Positions 35,253-46,940 are shown, numbered from the stretch's first letter. The stretch is 64,000 bases of DNA from an uncultured bacterium (GCA_963749495.1 CAVVMW010000018.1:96001-160000), one strand, 5' to 3'. Numbers and translations: made by a program. Notes: generated from the sequence alone by a model not told the origin.

Positions 35253-36694
35253 TTACCCTGGGCCACTCTCGTATCCAACGGAGACCCCCTGCTGGGCGAG
35301 TTCCTCATCGTCTGGCGTCTTGGGAGCTGTGTGCCCCCCAGGATAGTAATGCTCAATGATTGGGCGGAAACACCGGTCGAGCCGCGCAATATGGTCGGGG
35401 CGCTCGCGAGGGGAGGCATTGAGGTCCCGAAGGATGCCAAGAAGCTGCGCCCTTTGCCCGGTATCCAGCCGCCGGAACTTCTTTTTCCAATCAGCCGCGC
35501 CATCATCGCGATAGTGCTCGCGGTAAATAATGTATCGGTCTGGCATGGTGAGGAGTTGAATGAAGTGCTCGTAAGTTTCGCCAAATGCGCCACGAATGAA
35601 GTCCGGGTTTGGGCTGATGAGGCCGTGCGTTGCATGCAGGACGCATTGAATGCCGCGCAAGTAACGCCACTCCCACCCCTTGCAAACATGGCGCCGACTA
35701 ACGTCGTCCATCGGAATGAACCGCATCGGGAAGCCCGTTATTCGGATGCCTAATTCGGTGTTCAAATTGGCATTGACCCACATCCTGTCCCAAAGATCGC
35801 GCGGGCTGTCATTGAAGTTGAACAGCATGTAGTTTGTGAACTCCACAAATCCTTCCTTGGCCAGGAGGCGGATCGCTTGCTCGTATGCTTTGCGGATGCC
35901 AGCGAAATCAAAGGCCAACCGGACCGGCGAGACGCAAAGGCTCGCCAGGAGCTTAGCCAGCTCAGGCTTGTGGCTGATCAAGCGGGCGTCCAGACCCTGG
36001 TTGAAATCCACCGTGCGCTCGCGTCCTTTACGTTTCGCGGCCGCCTGAAAACCCAAGTCCCCAATCTCCCGAATGATCCCCTCGATTCCTTTGATGCCGA
36101 GAATGTTGTTGTCCATTACCACGAGATGCTGCCTCTGCCCGTGGCGCTTGATAGCTTCGGTAACCTGCTTCCTGAGTGGACTCATTAAACCGAATTGTTT
36201 CTCGAGTTCGGTACCGCGCAAAATTGGCAACGGCGGATGCAGCCCTTGGTGACTCGAACGAAGTAGGCGTCGCGCGGGTAGTAATCGTAATGCACCCTCT
36301 TGAGTAAGCCATAATCGGGCACGAAGTCGGCTATGGCCGGTGCGCCTGGAGCTAGTTTGCCCGGTCTATCCAGAGGTCCTTCTACCACCGTACAGGCAAA
36401 CCGTTCCTTGATGTACTTGGGCAGGAGAGTGACTCCGACTCCGCCAACGAAGATGTCCTTTGCATCCTTTACGCAGCGTTCATAGTACTTGACCGTCTCG
36501 GCTGTGCGAGGAAGCTCCCACGTGAAAAGCGATGCAACATAGACGCGATCCCAGCGGCGCGCCCTGCTCCACTCATCCTTTCCTCGCACAAAACGGACCC
36601 GGTCTCCGCGCCCCTGGTGGTAAGTCGACAGACGCATCAAACCCAGTGGCGGAAACTTGGACCGGTAGCTTGGCTCGACAAGGAGAATGTTCAT
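35253..36694 (-). CDS. B12-binding-type radical SAM protein; one-base frameshift near 36210
   Basis: MNILLVEPSYRSKFPPLGLMRLS, SLFTW, GGVG, PDY, CIRRCQFC (CxxxCxxC), MDNNIL, VDFNQGLDAR, RLAFD. Confidence 0.85.
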
Positions 36695-36701
36695 GACCGG
36701 G

Positions 36702-38285
36702 TCACGCTTTGGGCCCTTTCTCCTTGTTGCCGGAGCGCTGTTTCCCTTCCGGAGTAGCTGATGCGGCGCCGAATTTAGCGACAATGGCCTTGCGCGCACG
36801 CTCGAACTGGTCTGCGTCCAGCACCTCACGGAGTAGTTCCAAGATGTCGCTTACGATTTTTCGTTCTCTCCGGCCGAGGCTGGACCTGAGTTTGCTCGCT
36901 GCGAACACGTCCCTCTCGCCCAACCTCTCGCGAATGGCGCTTAAGGACGTGAGGACGCTCTCCAACTCATGCCGTTCAGATTCGGATTCGCGTGCTCCTT
37001 GTGCCGATTCAACTCGGTCCGTCTCCCGCTCAATCCTCCCGATCAGTTCTTGTCGTTCATCATTCGATGCCAAACCGGCCTTGAGCGCCACCTTTGCCGC
37101 GTCGGTTGCTGCTTTGGCCGATGACAAGACCTTGGCAGTGGGCCGGTTGACAGAGTCGGCCGCATCATGGCAGGCTTTGCAGTGCTGCTTGATGAACGGT
37201 TCCAGTTCGCTCTGAATTTTCAGCCACTCGGGCGTCAATTCAAACCCATCCCTGCGCGCATTGGGAATAACCTGGTCGTTCAGGATGTGGATTTCTCCCA
37301 TCGTCCAGTTGTTCAGGCGACCCTCGTTACCCGAAAAGAGTTCTGCCACTCGTTCCGGCCCGCCGATTGCGATATTGTGCCTTCGGAACCGCAACCCGGC
37401 CACCCGGTCGTCGTCGAGCATGCCAAGCAGGTCGGTGGCCGCATACCACATCCAGAACGGCGATTCCGCGTTCGCTCCCTCCGGATAGAATCGGACGTCC
37501 TTCACATGTATGTCAAAGTTCTTTTGCTTGGTCTTGTAGTGAGTTCTGTAAGGCTTGAACACCTCACGTTCCGCACCCGAAGCTCGAAGCAGGACCTTGA
37601 CAGTCGGGAGCGTCAGACCTCGTTCGTTGACCCATTGTTGAATCTTGGTCGCGTATAGGAACCGCTGCGCATCGTACTCCACTGGCGCAGCCTGGCCGAG
37701 GTACTTCTCCATTTCCTCCAGGCTGACGAACTGCGAGAGGCGGCTGTCAATGCCCTCCATTTTCACTTCGAAGAAGTGATCCTCCTTCTTTGCGTCGCCT
37801 AGGTCTTGTGTTGTGTGCTTTTGCAGTACGTCCGTGAGTTCTTCGACCTCCTTCATCGAAGGGCGGATGGATTGCCGTATGCCATCGCAGTCGAACGCAA
37901 TGGTCGTCATTTCATCCTCATGGGCGAACGTTGTGCGAAACTCGAGGCGCTTGCAGTACGCGATTCCCGCGAGGCGACCAATTCCCCGAAAACCGGCTTC
38001 CTGCCCGTAAACCTTGGCCGACATGCCGATGTTCAACAGTCTCCCGCTGGCGTCACCTGAGGGAATTCCGGTTCCATTGTCGCGCACGGCCAACGTTTTC
38101 GCGGCGGGATCAAGCGAGACGGTAATGAGGCCGGCGTTTTGTCTCAGCATCTCGAATCGCTCTGCCGACATGATGCCGTCGGAGGCGTTCTGAATATATT
38201 CGCGGATCGCATCGAGTGGGTTAGTGTACATTCCGGTCGTGAGCGTCTCCAAAACGAAGGCTCCGACTCTCGGCGTATGCTTCAT
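36702..38285 (-). CDS. GHKL (Hsp90/MORC-like) ATPase with coiled-coil C-terminus
   Basis: LTTGMY...IREYIQNASD, VRDNGTGI, GMSAK, GFRGIGRLAG, PNARRDGFE; ATGA overlap with the HerA stop. Confidence 0.88.
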   Translation of the reverse strand: MKHTPRVGAFVLETLTTGMYTNPLDAIREYIQNASDGIMSAERFEMLRQNAGLITVSLDPAAKTLAVRDNGTGIPSGDASGRLLNIGMSAKVYGQEAGFRGIGRLAGIAYCKRLEFRTTFAHEDEMTTIAFDCDGIRQSIRPSMKEVEELTDVLQKHTTQDLGDAKKEDHFFEVKMEGIDSRLSQFVSLEEMEKYLGQAAPVEYDAQRFLYATKIQQWVNERGLTLPTVKVLLRASGAEREVFKPYRTHYKTKQKNFDIHVKDVRFYPEGANAESPFWMWYAATDLLGMLDDDRVAGLRFRRHNIAIGGPERVAELFSGNEGRLNNWTMGEIHILNDQVIPNARRDGFELTPEWLKIQSELEPFIKQHCKACHDAADSVNRPTAKVLSSAKAATDAAKVALKAGLASNDERQELIGRIERETDRVESAQGARESESERHELESVLTSLSAIRERLGERDVFAASKLRSSLGRRERKIVSDILELLREVLDADQFERARKAIVAKFGAASATPEGKQRSGNKEKGPKA

Positions 38286-39940
38286 TGGGCGACATCCTCC
38301 TTGAAATAGCATGGGAAAGGGAACCGGACCTTGATCAGGTGCGTTTTGAAGACCGCGTGTTGGAGCAAAAGACTTCCCTGCCCTAAACGAGTTATTGAAG
38401 TCTTGTGCGAATCCGGAAAGTAGCGGTAATCCGGGCACTTGGCCATCTCGACCGGGCTGGTACGACCGTAGGCATTTGTGCTGCAGTTGCCAAGGATTCG
38501 GTCATGAACCGCACTGCGGAATTGTTCCGCGCCAAACATGATAATGCCGAGAGAACGACCGCGCTCAGTCACTTCCAGAAGGACATTCGTGAGCGAGCGT
38601 CCGCCGGTATCTGACTTCGGAGCGTACTTGTTCAGTTCGTCTGCGAAGACAATGACCTTGCCCAAATCTGACGGTTCCACCTGATCATCCTCGCCAAGTT
38701 TGATATTGCGGATGGTGCTGACAATGTCCCCGACAACGAGACATTGCAGGTAGTCCGGCAGCGGCTCGATGTCCACAACCAGCACTTCACCTGGACGCAG
38801 CTCACGCACAGCGTCCGATACCAATTTCTGTCTCCTCTCAGGGGCCCTAGTGAGAGATCGTTCAACAAAAACGGGATTGCAGGTTCGCGTCTGCAGGAAC
38901 CGAAGAAACTTCCTCCACGACTGCGGTGGAATGGGACTGCCAGATTGCTGACCCGCCCTAGTTCTTCTTTCGATCTCTGTCCTGAACGCATCCCAACTCG
39001 AAGCGTGAATGCCCCTAATTTGGTCACACATTTGCTCAAGCGTGTTAGTCGGGTCGTCCACATCGGCCACCAGCAGGGCCATTTTTTCCTTCATAGTTTC
39101 TACATCGTAAAAGTAATTAAATGCCCGATTCTCTGTGTGCTGTCTGGCCAAAATGTCGCCGCGCAGATTAGCTAGGCTGGTATTTGAAAACCGCGCTTCC
39201 GCACGCTTCAGTGCGTAAGGATAAAGGTATTTTGCATGGCGAAATGGCGTCGGCTCAAGGCCACAGCGCTTCCACTCGGCAATTTGCTCCGCAGAAAGCG
39301 GCCTTTCGGGCGTTTCGTCTATCGCGAGCAGGTCGCTTGCTTTGACATTCAGGAGAATCATCGAAACCTTGTCTCCCATTCGCTGTTGGAGCGCGTTTAA
39401 AAGGAACATCGCGTAGGATGTTTTCGTCGCTAAGCCAGAAATTCCCGCGATATTCAAATGAGCGCCTTCAGGGCCAACAAGGTACTTTGCTTCCAGTTCT
39501 ATCGGCACCTCAAGCCCATAGGACATGCTGATGTATCCTGCCGGAATTGGATTCTTGAATCCCAAAAGCCCAAGAGCCTTACGTACGCCGTCAGCGTCAG
39601 CGGTTTCAACCGGCGCGCTGTCTCGGACTGGCATCTCAATGTCTGCCGAATTGTAGAGCACCTCCGCCTCTGCGATTGTTGTACCAAGTCGGCTATTCAC
39701 TGGCGCCGCGGCCACGTCACCAAAATCGGAGGACACGTAGTTGGCTAAGTGTCCGGCGCTGTCCGTGATGAACAGCAGGTCAAGGACGATGGCGTAGGTG
39801 TAGCTATTTCTGATGTGGCGGACGCGAACCACGTCAAAGATGCGGATGTCTTCGTTCTCGGCGAGCCAGAAACGGATCGAGTTGTACGTTGTGGGCTTGT
39901 TTTCCGTCGCCGTTACCTTTCCGATGATCTTAGTTTCCAT
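38282..39940 (-). CDS. HerA/FtsK-family ATPase with N-terminal HAS barrel
   Basis: IIGKVTATE; Walker A variant HLNIAGISGLATKT; Walker B VIVFADE; ERGRSLG; EQF. Confidence 0.85.
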   Translation of the reverse strand: METKIIGKVTATENKPTTYNSIRFWLAENEDIRIFDVVRVRHIRNSYTYAIVLDLLFITDSAGHLANYVSSDFGDVAAAPVNSRLGTTIAEAEVLYNSADIEMPVRDSAPVETADADGVRKALGLLGFKNPIPAGYISMSYGLEVPIELEAKYLVGPEGAHLNIAGISGLATKTSYAMFLLNALQQRMGDKVSMILLNVKASDLLAIDETPERPLSAEQIAEWKRCGLEPTPFRHAKYLYPYALKRAEARFSNTSLANLRGDILARQHTENRAFNYFYDVETMKEKMALLVADVDDPTNTLEQMCDQIRGIHASSWDAFRTEIERRTRAGQQSGSPIPPQSWRKFLRFLQTRTCNPVFVERSLTRAPERRQKLVSDAVRELRPGEVLVVDIEPLPDYLQCLVVGDIVSTIRNIKLGEDDQVEPSDLGKVIVFADELNKYAPKSDTGGRSLTNVLLEVTERGRSLGIIMFGAEQFRSAVHDRILGNCSTNAYGRTSPVEMAKCPDYRYFPDSHKTSITRLGQGSLLLQHAVFKTHLIKVRFPFPCYFKEDVAQ

Positions 39941-39954
39941 GATTCCGTCTCGTG

Positions 39955-41052
39955 TCAGAACAGTGCCTCAAAGCGCATGTCGCTCAGAAAACTGGCCTTG
40001 ATAAAACTTTCGGCCTTAAACACTGGGTAGATGTGCGAAGCCCATCTTGAATCCTGGCCGTATGGCGTAACGTTACGCTCTCGGAGGATATGTGCAGAAA
40101 TGGTGTTCACACGCTCTGCGTCGAGGCCGTCCTCGGTTTCCCGGTCGTCAATGGCGTAAGATTCGGCCTTGACGATACCCTGCAACGGGTTCGTCATCCT
40201 GTTTCGCGGCCGAATCCTCAAGTACCACACGCCGATAAAGCGATCCTCACCCATTATTTTGAAAACGGGGGTTCGCTCCCCCATTTCGAGAGACGCGGTC
40301 ATCGCGCCCACGTCGCGTTTTCCTCTACCGGTGCCAACCGCAAACGACGGGCGGAACGTCTTTGACAAGCCGATAACATTGCGGAACTGCGTCACGTCGA
40401 ACCCACGGCCTTTGAGGTTTTTGTACTGGAGAGGGCCGTCTTTCACAAGCAGGGAGCTGCTTTGTAAAAGGTGCCTGTCGGACAGTTTGTGAACGGCGCC
40501 CAACTCGAGGTCAGCCATGAAGACCGTGATCTTTGCAATGCCCAGGTCAATGGGGTCGCGATCTTCCTTCACCGTGTAACGCACGGGTTCAAAGATGCAT
40601 CCGGTGTCAGTGCGAATTCGTTGCGACAGTGACTTCAGGTCCTCTTCGGTGGTCACCGGGTCCGGGAAGGCGAGTACGTTTATGAATGAGCAGAGCTCGC
40701 GGACGGGTCTGACTTTACTCTCTGCGGACTGGCGGATCACGACGGCGACACCGACCTGACCAGCGATCAAGGGAAGATAGCGCCCACGCACCAGCAAATC
40801 GGCCATCTTGTACGTGCGCCGAGAACCGTCCAGGAAATAGCGAAGAATAGATGGTATCCTGTGATCAATCACAGAAATAGGAATGGTGCGAGAGGGGGGC
40901 AGCGGGCTTTCAAAAAGGTCGCTGGCCCGATTTTCCTCACCCTCCAGATACTCACGGTGACGGTCGTAGTCTAGATTTACCCGGTCAGATGGCAGACACT
41001 CCGCGCCGGCCGGTTTGATCGTGTCGTTGATGACTTGTACGATAGACTTCAT
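39955..41052 (-). CDS. NurA-like (RNase H-fold) nuclease
   Basis: YFLDGSRR, LLVKDGPL, IGLSKT, WYLRIR, SHIYP..KAE; directly upstream of HerA. Confidence 0.7.
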   Translation of the reverse strand: MKSIVQVINDTIKPAGAECLPSDRVNLDYDRHREYLEGEENRASDLFESPLPPSRTIPISVIDHRIPSILRYFLDGSRRTYKMADLLVRGRYLPLIAGQVGVAVVIRQSAESKVRPVRELCSFINVLAFPDPVTTEEDLKSLSQRIRTDTGCIFEPVRYTVKEDRDPIDLGIAKITVFMADLELGAVHKLSDRHLLQSSSLLVKDGPLQYKNLKGRGFDVTQFRNVIGLSKTFRPSFAVGTGRGKRDVGAMTASLEMGERTPVFKIMGEDRFIGVWYLRIRPRNRMTNPLQGIVKAESYAIDDRETEDGLDAERVNTISAHILRERNVTPYGQDSRWASHIYPVFKAESFIKASFLSDMRFEALF

Positions 41053-41449
41053 TAGTGGCCCTAAGCGAGCCTCACCGGCCACTGACCCCAGCGAGCGAAG
41101 CGGGCGTTCCCGGGGTTTGGCGTGCTGGCACCAGTGTGGAGGGGACACTCGCCGTTGGCGGCGCTGGCGTAGGACGTGAAGATCGCGCCGTTGTCGCCTC
41201 CCCACGGCTTCGGCTTCTGCCGGAAATGGGCCCGGAGTTCCGCGGCGATGAGCGGCTGGATTGGACCGGAGAACCAGGCGCGCCGGGCGTCTGAGTGGCG
41301 GACAGGACCGGCGCTCCCTTCGCGGCCGGCCATTGGCTGGTCGCGGGTCAGAAGTCTGAAATCAGCGTTCATGGGCGCCATCTGCGGTTGACGTTTGAGG
41401 AGGTATAAGTAATTCGCCGCTCTTGTCAAGCGAAATGGAGCCATGTTTG

Positions 41450-41701
41450 AGAGGGCCTCAGCGAACCGGGCCGCGCACGCCCGATCGCCAGCCGGTTATA
41501 GAGTGTTTCGGCGCGGCCTTCGATCAGGCCGAGCTCGTCGCGGGGCTGGATGGGCGCCCCGATGGCCCGGGCGGCCTCGGCGATCGCGGCCTGAAATGGA
41601 ATGCGGAACTCCGCCCCGCTGGCTGCGCCGTGGGCGGCGGCGAGGGTCTTCTCGGCCAGCCTTTTGCCCGCCTGAGCAAAGATTCTTTCGCTCTCGGGCA
41701 T
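41450..41701 (-). pseudogene. 5' remnant, possibly of a restriction-modification (N-6 methylase-type) gene
   Basis: EGRAETLYNRL.I...RPGSL resembles, from memory, N-termini of fused R-M enzymes; truncated. Confidence 0.3.
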
Positions 41702-41704
41702 AGG

Positions 41705-42007
41705 TCAAGTGCCGGGCTGGCGTTGTCTGTATGCGCGGCGCGGGCATATGATCTTCACTGGTTGCCTATACGCGGCATGCGTGGCGATCAATTCGCCTTT
41801 GCCAAGCCGGTTGAGATTCATTTTCAAATCCTCGTCCAGGAAACGATAGTCCGGCGTGGCGATCTCACTCGGGCCCGTGCGGCCGAGAATCTTCGTCGCG
41901 CAGTTCCCCGTGACGCGGGGGTGGACAGCGGACATGAACTGCTGCGCCGAGAACAGCACCACTCCGAGGGAGCGTCCACGTTCGGCGATGTCGAGGACTT
42001 GCTGCTT
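41705..42007 (-). pseudogene. C-terminal remnant of a second HerA paralog
   Basis: LDIAERGRSLGVVLFSAQQFMSAVHPRVTGNC...PDYRF aligns with LEVTERGRSLGIIMFGAEQFRSAVHDRILGNC...PDYRY of 38282-39940. Confidence 0.85.
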
Positions 42008-42451
42008 GGGCTCTGCCGCTATCCGGCGAGCGTCAAATATCGCGGCCGGGACTTGCAGACGAGGGTTGGGCAAGGCTGGCGGCTGGCTTACTTTTGCAAG
42101 ACGCAATACGCCAGCCTGCACGGTTGGGAGCATTTCCTGCGCTGTCATCGCACGGTGGTCGAGCTGCTGTCGTTTTGGCGGACGCTGGGTATTGGCGTGA
42201 GAATTTCCGATGACGGCGGCTATTGGCCGCGCCGGTCGGAAAAAGCGCTCCGGCGGCGCCTCGGCGAGATGAACAGCGTCGTGGCGGCCGCGGCCGGAGC
42301 TTTGAAAGATAGCGGAGGCGGCGCAGCGGTGGAGTCGCCGATTTTCCAGCATCGGCAATTTGAGAGCCTGGAGGCCGCTGGGGCGCAAAAGCACGGCAGA
42401 AAAGTGCTGCGGGCGGCCGAAATTATCGGCAAGCTGGCCTCCAAGAAATGA
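42008..42451 (+). pseudogene. 3' remnant of a conserved hypothetical protein
   Basis: GLCRYP...FCKTQYAS...FLRCH...DDGGYW; no start codon, abuts the HerA remnant head to head. Confidence 0.55.
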
Positions 42452-42586
42452 ACGGAAGCCCTACGACTTTTCAACTGCAAGAGGCGCTGCGCCGTAGCCG
42501 GTCAGTGAAGGCGGAGACGGAGTGCGGGGCTGGCCCCCTCCACCCCGGCCCTCTCGGTGCATGGTTCGGGGCGTGGGAATCATCCC

Positions 42587-42782
42587 GTGTCGCGTAGCGA
42601 CGCAGTGAAGGTAGCCGTGGACCTCGGTCCACGGTTCACGGCGTGGGAATGGTCACGCGTCGCGTAGCGACGCCTGAGAGCGTCGTGGTTTTCAGGCGTC
42701 GCTGCGCGACGCGGTCGAGCTTGGGGCAATGGGTCCGTGGACTGGAAGTCCACGGCTACCATCGGGCACCGCTACGCGGTGA
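42587..42782. repeat. Family A element
   Basis: Near-identical to 6658-6852. Confidence 0.85.
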
Positions 42783-43103
42783 GCCGGTGGCAATACACGC
42801 TTCCACCTTCACTGAGGCCTTACGCTGCGCGCCGCCGTGGACCTGACGGACCTGCCCAAGGCTGTGAGCCCTACGACGATGAGCAAAGAGCACTCCGACC
42901 CAGACGCGCTAGAAAGGGGCGCATAATGGGGGTCCACGATGCACCTAATCTACCTCGAAAAGGGCTTCCGTCCGGAAGCCCTCACTGCAGGATCTACGTC
43001 CGCCGCTAAAGGCGGGTTCGAACCTGCAATAAGAATATGGACGCCCAACGTGGCGATTGCAAGCCCGAAAGCCTAGCTGAAATGAACCCCATGCTGCTGC
43101 TCT

Positions 43104-46100
43104 CTATCTCCCGGCTATCCTCTGGTTTTCGAACCAGACCGGGCCGCCCCATTTGCCGGTCACCACGATGTCCAGGTCCCCGTCCCCGTCCAGGTCCGCC
43201 ACGCAGATGTTGACACCGGAGCCAATGGCTTCGCCGTAGGAAATCACGTGCTTGGTCCAGACCGGCACGGGTTGGCGGGTGAGCTTGTAATAGTAGAGGC
43301 CCAGCGGCGCGGTCTCCTCGGGATCGCCGCCGTTGTGCGCCATGAACCGCTTGCCGGTGATGAGTTCGGGCACACCGCACCCGTCCAGGTCGGCCAGCGC
43401 CAGGCTATGGGCCTGCGTCCAGGAATTGTCGATCAAGTGTTGTTTGAACGTGATCTGGTTTCCGTGCCGAACCTGCTCGTACCAGAAAATCCCGTAACCA
43501 TGGGCGGAGGAAGTGATGAGGTCGTTCAGGCCGTCCCCGTTCACATCATAGACCAGTATCTGAGGGGTGTGTTCGGCTTTGCCGTCCAGGCCGCCCAGCG
43601 CCAGCGGGTGCTCTACCCATTGGCCGTTGCGCGGGTCCGCAGGCGCCTCGAACCACGCATCCGGGCGGATGAAATCGGGCCGGCCGTCCCCGTTGACATC
43701 GCCCACCCCGACGCCCCAGTTCATGAACTTCTGGGAGACGACGTGCCGGGCGAAGCCGCCCTTGCCTTCCGGGCCTTTGACCACTTCGTACCAGGCCGTG
43801 TGCGCCACCGTCGGCACCACCGCCTGCGCCTTGCCATCACCGATGACGTCGTACAATTCGGCGGTTTCGAAGTTGCCGTTCTCCTCGATCAGGGCCTCGG
43901 GCCATTGGCCGCCGTCCACACCCACGTTGCGGAACCACACCGCGTGTTTGTCGAACCAATCGACGCTCACCAGGTCGGGCCTGTCCGGTCGTTCTATCGC
44001 TATCGGCAGGTTGGCAAAGTCCCACCGATAGCCCTTGCCCTGCTCATCCACGCTGCCTTTGAGGGTCCGGATCTTCACGGGCTTCCAATCCGGGGCCAGG
44101 TAGAGGTCACTCGCCCGCGACCACGTCCAGCTTGCCGTCGCCGTTGAAGTCCGCCACGCCGCAGGCCTCGCTGCGGAAGTTGCCGATGCGGTGCATGACG
44201 AAACGCACCGGACCGGTCCCCGAGCCTCTGGGGCCCTGGACTTGAAAGGCCTGCTTGAGCGTGGCCTTGGCCTGGCCGGCGAGGGCGGAGGCCGGGTCCG
44301 CCTGCGTGACCTGGTAGAGAGGGTCGATGATGGCGGGCACGCTGGCCGCCGCCTGGGGACCCTCGAGCAGCGCCCCAGCCACGGCCAGGATGGCAGCCCC
44401 GGCTTCCTTGGCAGTGGCGGGGTTGTCCAACGCGGGCACAACCAACGCGAGGGACTCAGCCGACGCGATGCCACCCAAGGCGCTGAGCAGCAGCTTTCTT
44501 TGCTCCGGCTCCTCACTGAGGGCCAGGGCTTGCCGGCACATGGCCAGGCGCTGTGGCGGGGGCAACTCTTCGTTGCGGGCCATGCCAAGGTAGCCGCGCA
44601 AACACACCAGCCTCTCGGCGCGCTCAGGCAGGGTCCTGGCGAGCTCGAGCAGGTCCGGGGCCGCCTGGGCGTTGTGCCATTGCGCCAGCGTGTGAATGGC
44701 CGCGCGCCGCGTGTCGCCGTCGGCATCCGAGACCGCCGCCCGCACCGCCCGCAGGGCCTTGCCGCCGCCGACTCCACCCAGGACACGCAGCAGCAGGCAA
44801 CGGCAGGCTGGGTTGGCGCCTGTCAATTGCCCAATGAGGTGCTCCGAGCAAACCTCCGGGCTTTTGGCCCGCGCGCACGCTCGTGCCAGCGCCTGCTCGA
44901 CCGAAGCGAGGTCAAGGGCGCCATCGGCGCCGGACAACAACCCCGCCAGCGCCGGCACTTCCGCGTCGCCGGCCAGGTCGCCCAGGGCACTGAGCGCCGC
45001 GCGGCTGAGCGCGGAGTCGCTCGCCCCGGCGATCTTCAAGAGCTTGGGCAGGGCCGCGCGCAGCCGGCGGCGGCCGGCCATCTGCACCCCCGCCAGGCGC
45101 CGGCTGGCACTCTGGCTATCGAGCATCGCCAACACCGCTGAGTCCGCCTCGGGACCTGGAACGCTGACCAGGCCCTCCTGGGCCGCCGCTGCCACCGCCC
45201 TATCGTCGTCCCCTGCCATTTCGCTCAAAAGCGGCTCGAAGGACGCGTTGCCCGCCATTGCCCGGAGCGCTGCCAGGCGTGGCGCCACTTCCCCGGCGCG
45301 CGCCGCCTTGCCCAGGGCCCGTCCAGCCGCCTCATCGCCCCGCACACCCATCGCTTGAATCAGTGGAACCTGCCTGGCCGCCGGCAGTTTGGCCAGTTCG
45401 CCCGCCAGTGCCTCGCTCACCTCGGCTCCCGGCAAATCCTGCTGGATCATCCCCAGCACCGCGGCGAACACCGCGCGATCATCGCTCTCCAGTTGCCGGG
45501 TCAAGAGCTTCAGACCGTTGGGGTCCCCGGCCAGGATGGCGCCGCGAACGGCCGCTGCCCGGACTGGCGCCGGCGCTTGGGAGGCGCCCACCTGCTGATA
45601 GATGGACGCCGCTTCGGCCCGGTCGCCGGCCGCCTGCAGCGTATCGGCGCATTGCACCAGGTCCGCACAGAGCTCCCCCTGGAGGCCGGCGGGGGCGCTG
45701 GGCAGGGCGGCTTCGAGTGCCCTGGCGGCCTGAGGTGTGCCAATCCGCCCGAGCGCAGCCGCTGCAGCCAAAGCCAGCGCCGGCTCCGAACCGCGCAGAA
45801 ACCTGCTCAACGGCTCCACCGCCTGGGCATCACGGCGCGCGCCAATGCTGGTTATGACCCCCGCAAGGTCCCGTCCCTTCAGCCGGTCCAGTGCCTGCCG
45901 CAGCGCCGCGTCCACGGCCGGGTCCGGTATGGCCTCCAGCGCGGAGCGCGCCAAATCCGCGAGCTGCTCGTCCCCCAGCAACGCCGCCAGTTTCGGCACC
46001 GCCTCGCCAGTGCCGATCTGTGCGAGCCGCTGAGCGGCCACCCACTTCTCCCCCAGAGACGCACTCGAGGTCAAGGTGGCCAGAAGCTCTGCCTGCGAGG

Positions 46101-46188
46101 GCGGCGTCGGCGCCGCGTCCGCAGCCAGGCCGCGACTCAAAGCGAACCCGCCAAAAACGAGCGCCGCCAGCATTGTCGTAGTCTTCAT
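43104..46188 (-). CDS. Secreted HEAT-repeat plus FG-GAP/VCBS beta-propeller protein; frameshift near 44108
   Basis: Signal peptide, Ala/Leu HEAT repeats, DFNGDGKLDVV, GDVNGDGRPD, DLDGDGDLDIV. Confidence 0.8.
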
Positions 46189-46406
46189 CGGTCGTCGGTC
46201 CAGGAGTATCCACACAGCAGTTCCGCGTGTCGAGTGCGGTTTCGGGCACATCGCGTCACCGCTCCCGGAACGCCGCATTTATGCGGCTGCAGCCTGAGAA
46301 TTGGCGGGGGCTGCCGGCTAACGCCGGTTCATCCGGAAAGTTCCGGCGTAGAGTGATGAAGGCCGAACAATCTGACGACCAGGACTTGGCATGCCGGGAC
46401 CCTGCG

Positions 46407-46619
46407 TCACCGCGTAGCGGTGCGTGCTGGTAGCCGTGGACTTCCAGTCCACGGATTCATGGCCCCCGCGCACGCGTGTCGCGTAGCGACGCCTGAAAGC
46501 AGGATTCGATTGGCCAGCGCGAGGCGGTCAGGCGTCGCTGCGCGACGCGCGGCCGTCTCCACGCGCCAAACCGTGGACCGAGGTCCACCGCTAACTTCAC
46601 TGCGTCGCTCCGCGACGCA
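46407..46619. repeat. Family A element (inverted)
   Basis: Reverse complement of 5305-5517. Confidence 0.8.
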
Positions 46620-46940
46620 GGCGCTCCGCTTTCTGTTCCGCGAAGTGTGCGAGAGGCAGAAGGGGAGGTCACTCGATGATAGTGCCTGCCCTTTGGCAGG
46701 CTGGCTGGGGGGGCTTTGCCTGGCGCCGGGCATTTCGCGTGTGGGCCAACGTCAGCCGGCTTCCCGGCTGCGGAATCTCCACCCGCACCGCCCGCCAAAA
46801 CCGCCGCCGCCCGCCAGCGCGGCCCTGCGGTGGGCGAACATCGCCAGAAACCCCGCAAACTTCGCCCGGTGATACCCTCTGCCAGCTCTCGCAGGATGCG
46901 GCCGCAATGAGTTGAGATCGAAAACCAATTCTCCCTCAGC

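Noticed and set aside
43010..43030. GCGGGTTCGAACCTGC as a tRNA or att-site remnant
   Set aside because: The loop is 6 nt, and there is no acceptor stem, anticodon arm or second copy.
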